NCBI GenBank assembly: GCA_963707025.1
Contig: CAVPOM010000006.1
Location: 544,001 to 608,000 of the forward strand
Length of the DNA stretch: 64,000 bases
DNA from: an uncultured Verrucomicrobiae bacterium
GTDB lineage: Bacteria > Verrucomicrobiota > Verrucomicrobiia > Limisphaerales > Palsa-1400
Direction of reading: 5' to 3'
Under the pieces are notes generated by a model that was not told the origin of the DNA, made no database searches, and worked only from the letters and a program-made list of their open reading frames with translations. Positions 9,861 to 19,191 of the stretch are shown here, one piece after another; position 1 is the first letter of the stretch, and every line of letters starts with the position of its first letter. The translations under genes were made by a program, and so were the position numbers.

Positions 9861-11087
9861 TTATGGGCTTTTGAGCCGGTAGAAGTTGTGGCCGATGAGG
9901 GGCAGAGGCAGGACCACCTGACTTAGCCCATTGGTCGGCGCCGGCCGGTTGGTCACAGCGACCCAATTTGTCGGCGCCAAGTCGGAATTCTCTTCCAGCA
10001 CAACACCGCTTGCCGAAGATAAAGCCGGCCAGGAAATGAGGAGTTTTCCGCTCGACGACAGGATGCTCAGCACGGGACTGGCTTGCCAGGTGTAAATGCC
10101 GCCGGGGGAGGCTGCGGCGGCCAATTTGCTGCCATCCGCCGAGGAAGCAATGGAGGTCCAATACTCCACTGGCGCCGCCGCCGTCGTCCAGGTGACTCCT
10201 CCATTGGTTGAGGTGTAAATCAAGCCGTCACCATAGCCGGAGTCCGCTGCCGCCAATTGCGTGCCATCCGCCGACGAGGCGACGGAGGCCCACTGGTTGC
10301 TGGGCGCGCCGGTCGCCGTCCAGGTGGCTCCCGCATTGGTCGAGGTGTAAATCAAGTCGTCGCCAAAGCCGGAGTTCGCCGCCACCAGTTTGGCCCCGCC
10401 GGCCGAAGAGGCGATGGCGGACCATGCGTTGGCCGGCGCGGGGCTGGCCGTCCAGTCGGCTCCCGCATTAGTCGAGGTGTAAATCAAGCCGTCACCATAG
10501 CCGGAGTCGGCTGCCGCCAGCTTTGTCCCATCCGCCGACGAGGTGAGGGAAGACCAAAAGTCGCTTGGGGCGCGGGTCGCGTGCCAGCTTCTCCCGAAGT
10601 TAGTCGAGGCATAGATCAGGCCGTCGCCGCTCCCGGAATCTGCCGCCACCATGCGGGTGCCATCGGCCGAGGAGGCGACGCACGCCCAATAATTGCTGGG
10701 CGCCACCGGCGCTTCCCAGGTGCTGCCAGAGTTGGTGGAAGCATGGATGGCGCCGGGGTTGTAGTCCGAGTCCAGGTAAACCGCCGCCACGAGCCTGCTG
10801 CCATTGGTCGAGCATGCGATCGCTTGCCAGGAGCAATTCGTCGGCGCACTGGTCTGTGTCCAGCTTGCTCCAGAGTTGGTGGACGCACAGACCGGGCCGC
10901 CATCACCGTAGCCGTCGTCACTGGCCACCGCGGCCACTTTGTTCCCATCCGCTGAACAAACGACGCATTGCCAATCACAATTGGTGGACGCGCTGGTCAG
11001 CGTCCAAGTTTGGGCAAACCCTGGATCACTGGCTGTGAACACCAGGCAAAGGGCGACCCATTTGCGCGCGAAATGCTTTGGCCTCAT
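9861..11087 (-). CDS. secreted repeat (beta-propeller-like) protein with C-terminal FYR domain
   Basis: Signal peptide; about seven ~43-aa repeats WxSVASSADGTKLAAADSGYGDGLIYTSTN; ends HNFYRLKSP. Confidence 0.85.
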   Translation of the reverse strand: MRPKHFARKWVALCLVFTASDPGFAQTWTLTSASTNCDWQCVVCSADGNKVAAVASDDGYGDGGPVCASTNSGASWTQTSAPTNCSWQAIACSTNGSRLVAAVYLDSDYNPGAIHASTNSGSTWEAPVAPSNYWACVASSADGTRMVAADSGSGDGLIYASTNFGRSWHATRAPSDFWSSLTSSADGTKLAAADSGYGDGLIYTSTNAGADWTASPAPANAWSAIASSAGGAKLVAANSGFGDDLIYTSTNAGATWTATGAPSNQWASVASSADGTQLAAADSGYGDGLIYTSTNGGVTWTTAAAPVEYWTSIASSADGSKLAAAASPGGIYTWQASPVLSILSSSGKLLISWPALSSASGVVLEENSDLAPTNWVAVTNRPAPTNGLSQVVLPLPLIGHNFYRLKSP

Positions 11088-11422
11088 GGAGGATTCTTTG
11101 ACCTTGAGTCGAATTGTCAGCTCATCGGGCGGCTGGCGGCCTTTCGATTCCCCGGCCCCCCGGGCAAATCCCTTTCGGCGATCCGCCTCGTCGCTTGGCC
11201 TCTCGCCGGGCTTTCATCGGCTTGCAACATCCTAAGATTCCGACTGGCTTGAGAAATGCGCGCGGCCAATCGGTGCGGGAACATTGTCCCACACTCAATT
11301 GGCGGCGCTGTTTCTGATTCTCGCGCGGCTTGACGCGAAGCGGAACTCACGGCCTCCGCGCGATGACAGCCCGGCGCCGGGGCAAAGGCTGGCCTTTCCG
11401 CCCGGCAACGGAGACTGGCATT

Positions 11423-12163
11423 CTATTCGCTTGCCGGGGCGACCACGGGCAATTCGCGACGAATGCTAAGGCCGCCATAGGGCACAAGGACGGTGCTGGC
11501 CGTGCCATCACTGACAACGTCCACCACGCCAATCAGGTGGGCCAACCCCGTGCGGACGGTGAGTGGCACCGAATCCGGGTCGTCCTTGGCCGCCAATTCG
11601 ATGTCGTCATCCAGCCGGTCCAAGGGATCGCGGTCGAGCCAAACCAGCACGGGTTCGGGACAGCCGGTTTCAGGATTGAGATGCACGCGTCCGGCCACCG
11701 TAAAGTAACCGCCCGCCAAACCGTTGGTCCCGTTGCCGTTTGGACCGATCTGCAGCACGGCCACAAAATGGGCCCGGTTCGCTCCCGTCTGACCGGCATC
11801 TTCCTGCCGGACCGCGCTCATGGTCGTGCTGGCCGCGATCGTGGCGACCACATTGGAGGTGAGCTTGTCATAGACCACCAAATAGGCCGCGCTCAAGTCA
11901 CATTCAAAGGTCATGGCCATGACCTGATTCGGCACACTGGTATCCGCCGCGTTCCGGCCCATGGCCAGGTCCACCAGATTATGCCCCGCAAAATTCACCT
12001 GATCGAATTGCGGATGGCCGGTGGCCGGATTGGTGCCTTGGGTCAGGCCGATAAAGTATCCGACCGTGCGGAAGGTTGCGGTGCCGGCGCCTGAAGCATA
12101 GGCCGCTATGGCGGCCACGGCAACACTGGCTGCCCCGAGGAGAATACGTTTCGTCGTTTTCAT
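11423..12163 (-). CDS. secreted hypothetical protein
   Basis: Signal peptide MKTTKRILLGAASVAVAAIAAYA; sigma-54 promoter upstream. Confidence 0.8.
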   Translation of the reverse strand: MKTTKRILLGAASVAVAAIAAYASGAGTATFRTVGYFIGLTQGTNPATGHPQFDQVNFAGHNLVDLAMGRNAADTSVPNQVMAMTFECDLSAAYLVVYDKLTSNVVATIAASTTMSAVRQEDAGQTGANRAHFVAVLQIGPNGNGTNGLAGGYFTVAGRVHLNPETGCPEPVLVWLDRDPLDRLDDDIELAAKDDPDSVPLTVRTGLAHLIGVVDVVSDGTASTVLVPYGGLSIRRELPVVAPASE

Positions 12164-12288
12164 GTTTTCTGATTTAGGATGGTGCCCGGCAAGTCATTAT
12201 TTTAGCTGGAATTGATCGCCGGGCTGTTCCTTGGCGCGACTGCCAGACCAATTCCACTCTTGCGGCAACTCAGCCGCGGCACACCAAT

Positions 12289-12304
12289 AGCAAGGCATGT
12301 GCCA
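12289..12304 (-). promoter_or_regulatory. sigma-54 (-24/-12) promoter
   Basis: Minus strand TGGCACATGCCTTGCT, matching TGGCAC-N5-TTGC. Confidence 0.85.
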
Positions 12305-12391
12305 CCGATCCTGCATTCGACCAATCAAGCTGATTTACGCCTGGGATTCCAAAAAAAACTTCGCCGACGGCTCGCGCAGATTGGAATGAAT

Positions 12392-12449
12392 TGGGGAATT
12401 GCACCCAATCACCCCGGCCGGGCCGGCACGGATTGGGGGTTATTCCCCA
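12392..12449. promoter_or_regulatory. paired putative enhancer (UAS) sites TGGG-N8-CCCA
   Basis: TGGGGAATTGCACCCA (12392-12407) and TGGGGGTTATTCCCCA (12434-12449), 42 bp apart. Confidence 0.7.
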
Positions 12450-12528
12450 CTGACCGGCCTCCGTGGAGCGGATTAACGAAAACCGCAGCCACACAAGGCA
12501 AACCAGTTCATCGCGTCCTGGCGGGATA

Positions 12529-12626
12529 TTATACGTCTTCCAGTTCGTAACTGCACTGTTGGCAAAGCGATTGGCGGCGGTCGCAGACCGCCGCTACAGT
12601 GCAACAGCAAACTGGAAATGGTATTA
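12529..12626. repeat. MITE-like inverted repeat containing a GGCGGTCNNAGACCGCCGCTAC REP
   Basis: Ends TTATACGTCTTCCAGTT / AACTGGAAATGGTATTA, inner arms TGCACTGT / ACAGTGCA; REP shared with the 29399 and 50161 elements. Confidence 0.6.
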
Positions 12627-12669
12627 TGGCCGGAGTTTTATTGAATATGCTCTAATCTGGAAAGTCTGC

Positions 12670-12716
12670 AATTTATTCTGCCCGCATTGAAAGCTGCAAT
12701 GCGGGCAGAATAAATT
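12670..12716. terminator. perfect 20-bp hairpin downstream of recG (terminator or REP-type)
   Basis: AATTTATTCTGCCCGCATTG, 7-nt loop, CAATGCGGGCAGAATAAATT. Confidence 0.55.
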
Positions 12717-12775
12717 CAATTCCCTCCTTTGTCGAGAAAAATGTGGAGTCGGCGGTCATGCGCCCGAATCATTAT

Positions 12776-14826
12776 TTAAAATTCCCTCTTCACCAGGGCG
12801 CGGGCGCGTTCCACCAGTTCGCCATCCGCCGCCAGGTCGCCGAAACGCAGGCGGGGCGCGCCGCTCTGCTGCCGGCCCAGCAATTCGCCGGCCCCGCGCA
12901 ATTTCAAGTCGGCTTCGGCGATGCGAAAGCCGTCGGTGGTTTCTTCCATGGTCTTGAGCCGCGCGCGCGCTTCGGCGGATTTGCCCGCGGCGATCAAGAT
13001 GCAGTACCGATTCCTCCGCCCCGCGCCCGATGCGCCCGCGCAATTGATGCAGTTGGGCCAGCCCGAATTGTTCGGCGTTTTCAATGACCATCAAGGTGGC
13101 GTTGGGCACGTCCAGGCCCACTTCCACCACCGAGGTGGCCAGCAGGGCCTGGGTTTGGTTGCGGCGAAACGCCGCCATTACCCTTTCCTTTTCCTGGCTC
13201 TTGAGCCTGGCCGTGCAGCAGCCCCACTTTCCACGGCGCAAACACTTTTTCCAGATGATGCCATTCCTTGGTGGCCGCCTTGACACCGGTGCTGGTGTCC
13301 GCGTCCTCCACCCGGGAATAAATCACGTAGGCCTGGCGGCCCTGGCCCAGTTTTTCCCGAAGAAAGGCCCACACTTTGGGCAGGCTGTCCGCCGCGCGCA
13401 AAAACGTCTTGACTCGTCCGCGGCCCGGCGGGCCTTGCTCAATGACGGAAATGTCCAGGTCGCCGTACAAGGTCAGCCCCAGGGTGCGGGGAATGGGGGT
13501 GGCGGTCATGACCAGCAGATGGGGATAGCGCCCCTTGCGCACCAGCCGTTCCCGCTGCGCCACGCCGAACTTGTGTTGTTCGTCAATAATAACCAGCCCC
13601 AGCCGCGCCGGCGCGAAGGATTCCTCCAAGAGCGCGTGGGTGCCGATGTAAAGCGTCGCCGGATAAGGCAGGCTGGCGCCCGCCGCGCCGGTTTTGGAAC
13701 TGCCCGTCAGGACCTCCACCCCCACGCCCAGCGGCTCCATCCAGCGCCGGAAATTTTGTCCGTGCTGTTCGGCCAGAATTTCCGTTGGCGCCATGAGGGC
13801 CGCGTCCGCGCCGCATTCCAGGGCCATGAGCATGGCGCAGGCCGCCACCACGGTTTTGCCGGAGGCGACATCGCCTTGCAGCAAGCGGCGCATCGGGGCC
13901 GGGCCGGCCATGTCCCGCCGGATTTCACGCAAGACCCTGGTTTGCGAGGCGGTCAACGCAAATCCCAACCCCGCCAGAAACGGCTTGATCAGACGATTGT
14001 GGTCCCCGGCGCAAGGGAGCGGATGGGCCAGGGCCTCCAATTTCTGGCGCCGCCTGCGCAGGGCGAGTTGCAATTCGATATATTCATCCAGCGCCAGCCG
14101 TTGCCGGGCAATTTCCACATCGCTCATTTCTTCCGGGAAATGAAGCAACTGGATGGCGTGGGCGCGGGAAGGGAAGGGGACGGATTGCGGGTTGCCGATT
14201 GCCGGTTGCGGATTGGCCGAGTCCACAGCCGGCAAGACGAGACGCTCGTTGGCCAGTGGAATTTCGGGATTCGGTTCCGGGACGCCCGGGCCAAATTGGG
14301 CGACGCTGCGCCAAAGCAGGGAGCGCAACCAGCGTTGCGGCAGGCCCTCGGTCAACGGATAAATCGGCGCAATGCGATTGAGATGGATGGAATTCTCCAC
14401 CCCCTCCCCATGCACCACTTCTGTTTCCGGATGATCCATGGTGCGCGGCCGCAGCGAATTGGGTTTGCCATAAACCACCACTTGGTCGCCGATCTTAAAG
14501 CATTTCTCCAGGAAGGGCAGGTTCCACCAGCGGCAGTGCAAACGCCCGGTTCCATCCTCCAAAATGAACTCATAAACCGACCGGGCCCCTTTGCGGTAGC
14601 GGTTGAGGCCGGCGGCCATGATTTTGCCGCAGGTCAAGGCCGGCAGTTCCAGCTTCAATTCGGCGATGCGCTGAAAATGGCGGCGATCCTCGTAGCGCCG
14701 CGGCCGGTGCAACAACAGGTCGCCCACGCAGCGCAATTCCAGCCGTGCCAACTGCGCCGCGCGTTCCGGCCCGACCCCGCGCAAGGCGGCCAGCGGTGCT
14801 TGCCATGGATTGGGCGGATTCGACAC
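12776..14826 (-). CDS. recG: ATP-dependent DNA helicase RecG (two +1 frameshifts near 13210 and 13008)
   Basis: [41 protein letters not shown]; then [19 protein letters not shown] and [19 protein letters not shown] in successive frames. Confidence 0.95.
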
Positions 14827-14967
14827 GCCGCATTTATAGGCGATTTCCCGCCAAAAATGGAAGGCAAAGGTGAAATTTAGGGGGGATGTTTTGCTGGACA
14901 ACCGCCAACCCCGCCTCTATAAAAAGCGGCGGAACCTTCAAAGCCCCATGGAGGGCGATAGAAACAA

Positions 14968-16170
14968 ATGAAAACACTGGTCGCCGATGCTTTTCCGAAA
15001 TCCCACATTCAACGTTTGAAACAGCTTGGCTGCGATGTGGAGTATCAACCCACCGCCAAGTCCGAAGGCCTGCCCGCGCTGGCGGCGTCCTGCAAAATCC
15101 TGGTGGTGCGCGGCAAACCAGTGACCGCCGAGACGCTGCAGGCCTCGCGCCAACTGGCCTTGGTGCTGCGGGCGGGCGCCGGCGTTAATACGATTGATGT
15201 CAAGTCGGCCAGCAGCCGCGGCATCTTTGTCAGCAATTGTCCCGGCAAGAATTCCATCGCCGTGGCCGAGCTGGTCTATGCCCTGCTCCTCTCCATGGAC
15301 CGCCGCGTCCCGGAAGGCGTGGCCGCCCTGCGCGCGGGCCAGTGGAACAAAAAGGAATTCTCCCGCGCCGACGGGATTTTCGGCAAGACCCTGGGCGTGG
15401 TCGGCGTCGGCAGCATCGGACGCGAGGTCATCCGCCGGGCGCACGGCTTTGGTTTGCGGGTGGTGGCCTGGTCGCCTTCGCTCACGTCCGAACTGGCCGG
15501 GGAACTGGGCGTCCAATGGCGGGAAAACGTGGATGACATTTTCCGCGAGGGCGACATCGTGACGCTCCATGTCGTTTTGAAGCCGGAAACGCGCAAAATG
15601 GTCAACGCGTCCCGGCTCTGGCTGATGAAGCCCGGCGCCATCCTGATCAACACGGCCCGCGGCGAAGTAGTGGACCAGGCCGCCTTGCGCGAGGCGCTGG
15701 AGGCCAAACGCATCCGCGCCTGCCTGGACGTGTTTGATCCCGAGCCCGCCGCCGCCGTGGCCGCCTTCAACGATCCGATTCTGAAATTGACCAACCTTTA
15801 CGGCACGCATCACATCGGGGCCTCGACGGAGCAGGCGCAAAACGCGATTGCGGACGAGGCGCTGCGGGTGATCGAGACCTTCATCAAAACGGGGGTGGTG
15901 TTGAACTGCGTGAATCTGGCCAAGCGCACGCCGGCCAGGTGGCAATTGGTGGTGCGCCATCATGACCGGGTGGGCGTGCTGGCCTTTGTCATGGACCACA
16001 TCCGCCGCGCCGGCCTGAACATCGAGGAAGTGGAGAACGTGGTTTTTGACGGCGCCCTGGCGGCCAGTTGCCGCATCCAGTTGGGCGGCGACCCGCCGGA
16101 CTCGCTTCTGTCAACCATCCGGGAAGGAAACCCGGACATCATCGGCCTGGACTTGCTGCAAATTGGGTGA
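14968..16170 (+). CDS. serA: D-3-phosphoglycerate dehydrogenase-like 2-hydroxyacid dehydrogenase with ACT domain
   Basis: RAGAGVNTID, GVVGVGSIG, INTARG, LDVFDPEP, HIGAST.EAQ, C-terminal ACT-like HHDRVGVLA. Confidence 0.8.
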   Translation: MKTLVADAFPKSHIQRLKQLGCDVEYQPTAKSEGLPALAASCKILVVRGKPVTAETLQASRQLALVLRAGAGVNTIDVKSASSRGIFVSNCPGKNSIAVAELVYALLLSMDRRVPEGVAALRAGQWNKKEFSRADGIFGKTLGVVGVGSIGREVIRRAHGFGLRVVAWSPSLTSELAGELGVQWRENVDDIFREGDIVTLHVVLKPETRKMVNASRLWLMKPGAILINTARGEVVDQAALREALEAKRIRACLDVFDPEPAAAVAAFNDPILKLTNLYGTHHIGASTEQAQNAIADEALRVIETFIKTGVVLNCVNLAKRTPARWQLVVRHHDRVGVLAFVMDHIRRAGLNIEEVENVVFDGALAASCRIQLGGDPPDSLLSTIREGNPDIIGLDLLQIG

Positions 16171-16176
16171 AGGAAA

Positions 16177-17436
16177 ATGAAAAACCAGATCATAGTCGCC
16201 TTGGTTCTGTTCTCGCTGGGCCGCGCGCAGGCGGAACTGCGGGTGCCCGCCTTCACCGCCTATCTGGAGCCCAATCCCGACGGGGCGCGCGTCTCAGCGC
16301 GTTCGGGCATTGCCAACTGGACAAATCCCTCGCTCAGGGTGCTGTGGTTCGGCGAAATCAAAACCCCCGGCCAGCTCGACTGCTCGCTGGCGCTGCGGCT
16401 GCCGGCCGGCGCCGAAAGCAAGCTTCGCCTTACCGTGGCCGGCAAATCGCGGGAGGCAACCGCCAATGGAATGGGGGACGATTTGGTGAAAGTTGACTTT
16501 GGATCATTCGATGTCGCGGCGCCCGGTTATCAGCGGTTCACGCTGGAATCGTTGAACCCGGCGGGCCAGGCGGCGGGCAATCTGGACGCGCTCGTGCTGG
16601 ACGGCCCGGCGGCGGTTGGGGCGCATTTCAATCTGAAGGAGCGACGCAATGCTGCCTCGGTGCATCTGACTTATCCCACGCCCGGGGTGACGAACATTGA
16701 CCAGTTTTATTGCGAGGTGACCGGGATGGAGGCGCCGCTCTGGACTTACTTCATGGCCTGCGGCTGGCATCGCGGCTATTTCGGCATGCAAGTCAACAGC
16801 CCCACCGAGCGCCGCATTATTTTCAGCGTGTGGGACAGCGGCGGCGAGGCGGTGGATCGTAATAGAGTCGGCGACCAGGATCGCGTCACCCTCGTGGCCA
16901 AGGGCGAAGGCGTTTTCAGCGGCGACTTTGGCAACGAAGGTACCGGCGGACACAGCCACCTGGTCTATAACTGGAAGACCGGCCAGACGCAGCGGTTCCT
17001 TGTCACGGCCAAGCCGACCAACGGGACCCAAACGATTTACGCCGGCTACTGGTTTCATCCCGAACAAAAAAAATGGATGCTGATTTCCAGTTGGAAAGCA
17101 CCCAAGGATGGCAGCTATCTGCACGGCCTTTACAGCTTCAACGAAAATTTTGGCGGCAGCAACGGCCAGCTCCAACGCAAGGCGCTCTTCGGCAACCAAT
17201 GGTTTCATACCGCCGACGGCCAGTGGCATGAGCAGACCGTCGCCACTTTCAGTCACGACCCGACCGGCCGGGCGGACCGTCTGGACCGGTTCACGGGCGT
17301 GGAGGGCGGCCAGTTCTTCCTGTGCAACGGCGGCTTCGTTCCGGGGTTCACCGAATATGGCGCGCGGTTCACCCGTCCCGCCGCCGGCCATCCACCGGCA
17401 GATTTTATGGCGCCGGAACCCGCTCCCGCAAAGTGA
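16177..17436 (+). CDS. secreted DUF5077/DUF3472 family protein
   Basis: Signal peptide; YFMACGW.RGYFGMQVNS.TERRIIFSVW and FGNEGTGGHS motifs. Confidence 0.8.
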   Translation: MKNQIIVALVLFSLGRAQAELRVPAFTAYLEPNPDGARVSARSGIANWTNPSLRVLWFGEIKTPGQLDCSLALRLPAGAESKLRLTVAGKSREATANGMGDDLVKVDFGSFDVAAPGYQRFTLESLNPAGQAAGNLDALVLDGPAAVGAHFNLKERRNAASVHLTYPTPGVTNIDQFYCEVTGMEAPLWTYFMACGWHRGYFGMQVNSPTERRIIFSVWDSGGEAVDRNRVGDQDRVTLVAKGEGVFSGDFGNEGTGGHSHLVYNWKTGQTQRFLVTAKPTNGTQTIYAGYWFHPEQKKWMLISSWKAPKDGSYLHGLYSFNENFGGSNGQLQRKALFGNQWFHTADGQWHEQTVATFSHDPTGRADRLDRFTGVEGGQFFLCNGGFVPGFTEYGARFTRPAAGHPPADFMAPEPAPAK

Positions 17437-18335
17437 ACAAACCAACCTTGCTGATTCTGGCCGCCGGGATGGGCAGCCGTTACGGAGGGCTCAAGCAAAT
17501 CGAGGCCGTCGGGCCGGGCGGCGAGACGATCATGGATTACTCCATCCATGACGCGTTGCGCGCCGGTTTTGGAAAACTCGTTTTTGTCATTCGCCGCGAC
17601 ATGGCGCAAACGTTCCGGGAAATGATTGGCGCGCGCTTTGAGCAGCGCCTTCCGGTGCAATACGTTTTCCAGGAGTTGGACCAATTGCCTCCCGGTTTTT
17701 CCGTTCCGCCCGGCCGCACCAAGCCGTGGGGGACGACCCAGGCGATTCTCATGGCCGAAGAGGCGATCCACGAGCCGTTCGCCGCCATCAACGCCGATGA
17801 TTTTTACGGCGCGCAATCTTATCGCCTGCTGGCAGAGCATTTTCAATCCGCCAGCACCGATTACGCGATGGTCGGATTTGTTTTGCGCAACACCCTTTCC
17901 GAATTTGGCAGCGTGGCGCGCGGGATTTGCCGGGTGGATGAAAACCAATTCCTTCGTTCCGTGACGGAGTTGACCGGGATCGAGCGCGAGGGGGCGGGCG
18001 CAAAAAACACGGCGGCCGGAAAGATCACCCGGCTCACCGGCGACGAACCCGTTTCGATGAATTTCTGGGGCTTCCATCCCGCGCTCTTCGCCCAGTTAAA
18101 AAAGCAGTTCGCGGAATTTCTGGCCGGGAACGCCGGGGACCTGAAGGCCGAATGCTACATTCCCAGCACGGTGAATGATCTTGTGGCGGCGGGCCAGGCG
18201 CGCGTCAAAGTGCTGCGCACCAACGATTCCTGGTTTGGCGTGACTTACCGTGCAGACCGCCCGCGCGTCCTGGAAAGCATCCGCCAACTGATCGCGCGAG
18301 GCGGCTATCCTGAAAACTTATGGAGTTGCATCTGA
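17433..18335 (+). CDS. sugar-phosphate nucleotidyltransferase family protein
   Basis: GTG start overlapping upstream stop; LAAGMGSRYGGLKQ, KPWGT, INADDFYG, VSMNFWGF, WFGVTY. Confidence 0.9.
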   Translation: MNKPTLLILAAGMGSRYGGLKQIEAVGPGGETIMDYSIHDALRAGFGKLVFVIRRDMAQTFREMIGARFEQRLPVQYVFQELDQLPPGFSVPPGRTKPWGTTQAILMAEEAIHEPFAAINADDFYGAQSYRLLAEHFQSASTDYAMVGFVLRNTLSEFGSVARGICRVDENQFLRSVTELTGIEREGAGAKNTAAGKITRLTGDEPVSMNFWGFHPALFAQLKKQFAEFLAGNAGDLKAECYIPSTVNDLVAAGQARVKVLRTNDSWFGVTYRADRPRVLESIRQLIARGGYPENLWSCI

Positions 18336-18337
18336 AA

Positions 18338-18518
18338 GCTCGTCCTCACCCTAACCCTCTCCTCCGAGGAGAGGGAGGTTGTTTGCACCGGGTTGGCGAT
18401 GTTGAGGCGCTTGGTTTTGCGAAGCGTTTGGCCGGGTTTGGCAAATGCGCTGAGAACTGAGGTGGACGACAGCCTGCTGTTCCCTCTCCTGGAGGAGAGG
18501 GTTAGGGTGAGGTCGAGC
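18338..18518. repeat. palindromic doublet of the CCTCACCCYRRCCCTCTCC...GGAGAGGG repeat family
   Basis: Unit at 18344-18376 and inverted unit at 18481-18512. Confidence 0.8.
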
Positions 18519-18565
18519 ATTTTTCCTCACTTTCCATTTTTCCTGATTTGGCTAACCTTCGTCTC

Positions 18566-18985
18566 ATGGCCGGCTCTGAACGCGCCAGACAATTGCGGAA
18601 GGATCAAACCTGGGCCGAGAAGCTCATGTGGCGTTGGTTGCGGCATCGCCGGTTTAGCGATTACAAATTCCGCCGCGAGCATCCCATGGGCATCTATTAT
18701 CTGGATTTCTTTTGCGAAGAAGCGCGCCTGGCCGTTGAATTGGACGGCATAGGCCATGGTCATGCAGACCAGCAGAAGCATGATGTGGAGCGGGAGGCTT
18801 TTCTCACCTCACGCCGCATCAAGGTTTTGCGCTTCTGGAATTCCTATTTGCGCCGCAATGAGAAAAGTGTTCGTGATACCATTTTTCGCGAATTGCAGAT
18901 GCGAGCGCCACATCCGCTGCCGGATTACACGCGACCAAGGCAAGCGCCGGGCGATGATGCGGAGGGGAATAAGTCGGGGAATTAG
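18566..18985 (+). CDS. DUF559 (Vsr-like PD-(D/E)xK) endonuclease domain protein
   Basis: ARQLRKDQTWAEKLMWRWLR, KFRREHPMG.YYLDF, LAVELDG..H, VLRFWN. Confidence 0.9.
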   Translation: MAGSERARQLRKDQTWAEKLMWRWLRHRRFSDYKFRREHPMGIYYLDFFCEEARLAVELDGIGHGHADQQKHDVEREAFLTSRRIKVLRFWNSYLRRNEKSVRDTIFRELQMRAPHPLPDYTRPRQAPGDDAEGNKSGN

Positions 18986-19022
18986 AGAAATATCAGCGCT
19001 ACGCGGAGATTAAAGGGTTCGT

Positions 19023-19120
19023 CCTCACCCCGGCCCTCTCCTCCGAGGAGAGGGAGCATTACTGGCAGCGGGTTGGCGATGTTGAGGCCCTGGTCTCTCT
19101 CCGCCGGGGAGAGAGAGAAT
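19023..19120. repeat. second locus of the CCTCACCC...GGAGAGGG repeat family
   Basis: CCTCACCCCGGCCCTCTCCTCCGAGGAGAGGGA plus the CGGGTTGGCGATGTTGAGG segment shared with the 18338 element. Confidence 0.75.
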
Positions 19121-19191
19121 TGTTTCCAGCGGGTTGGCCCACACGTTTTTAGTTGGCGTTGTTCGTCTGCTAATTCTAATCTAAAAACCAC

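Noticed and set aside
10100..10900. Regular DNA repeats as a CRISPR array
   Set aside because: They are ~129-bp in-frame protein repeats; no repeat-spacer structure and no cas genes in the window.
11416..11431. Plus-strand sigma-54-like TGGCATTCTATTCGCT
   Set aside because: Imperfect -12 element, points antisense into a gene end, no paired enhancer.
12776..13286. Programmed frameshifting or true pseudogenisation of recG
   Set aside because: No slippery sequence; same single-insertion pattern as five other genes, so sequencing error is more likely.
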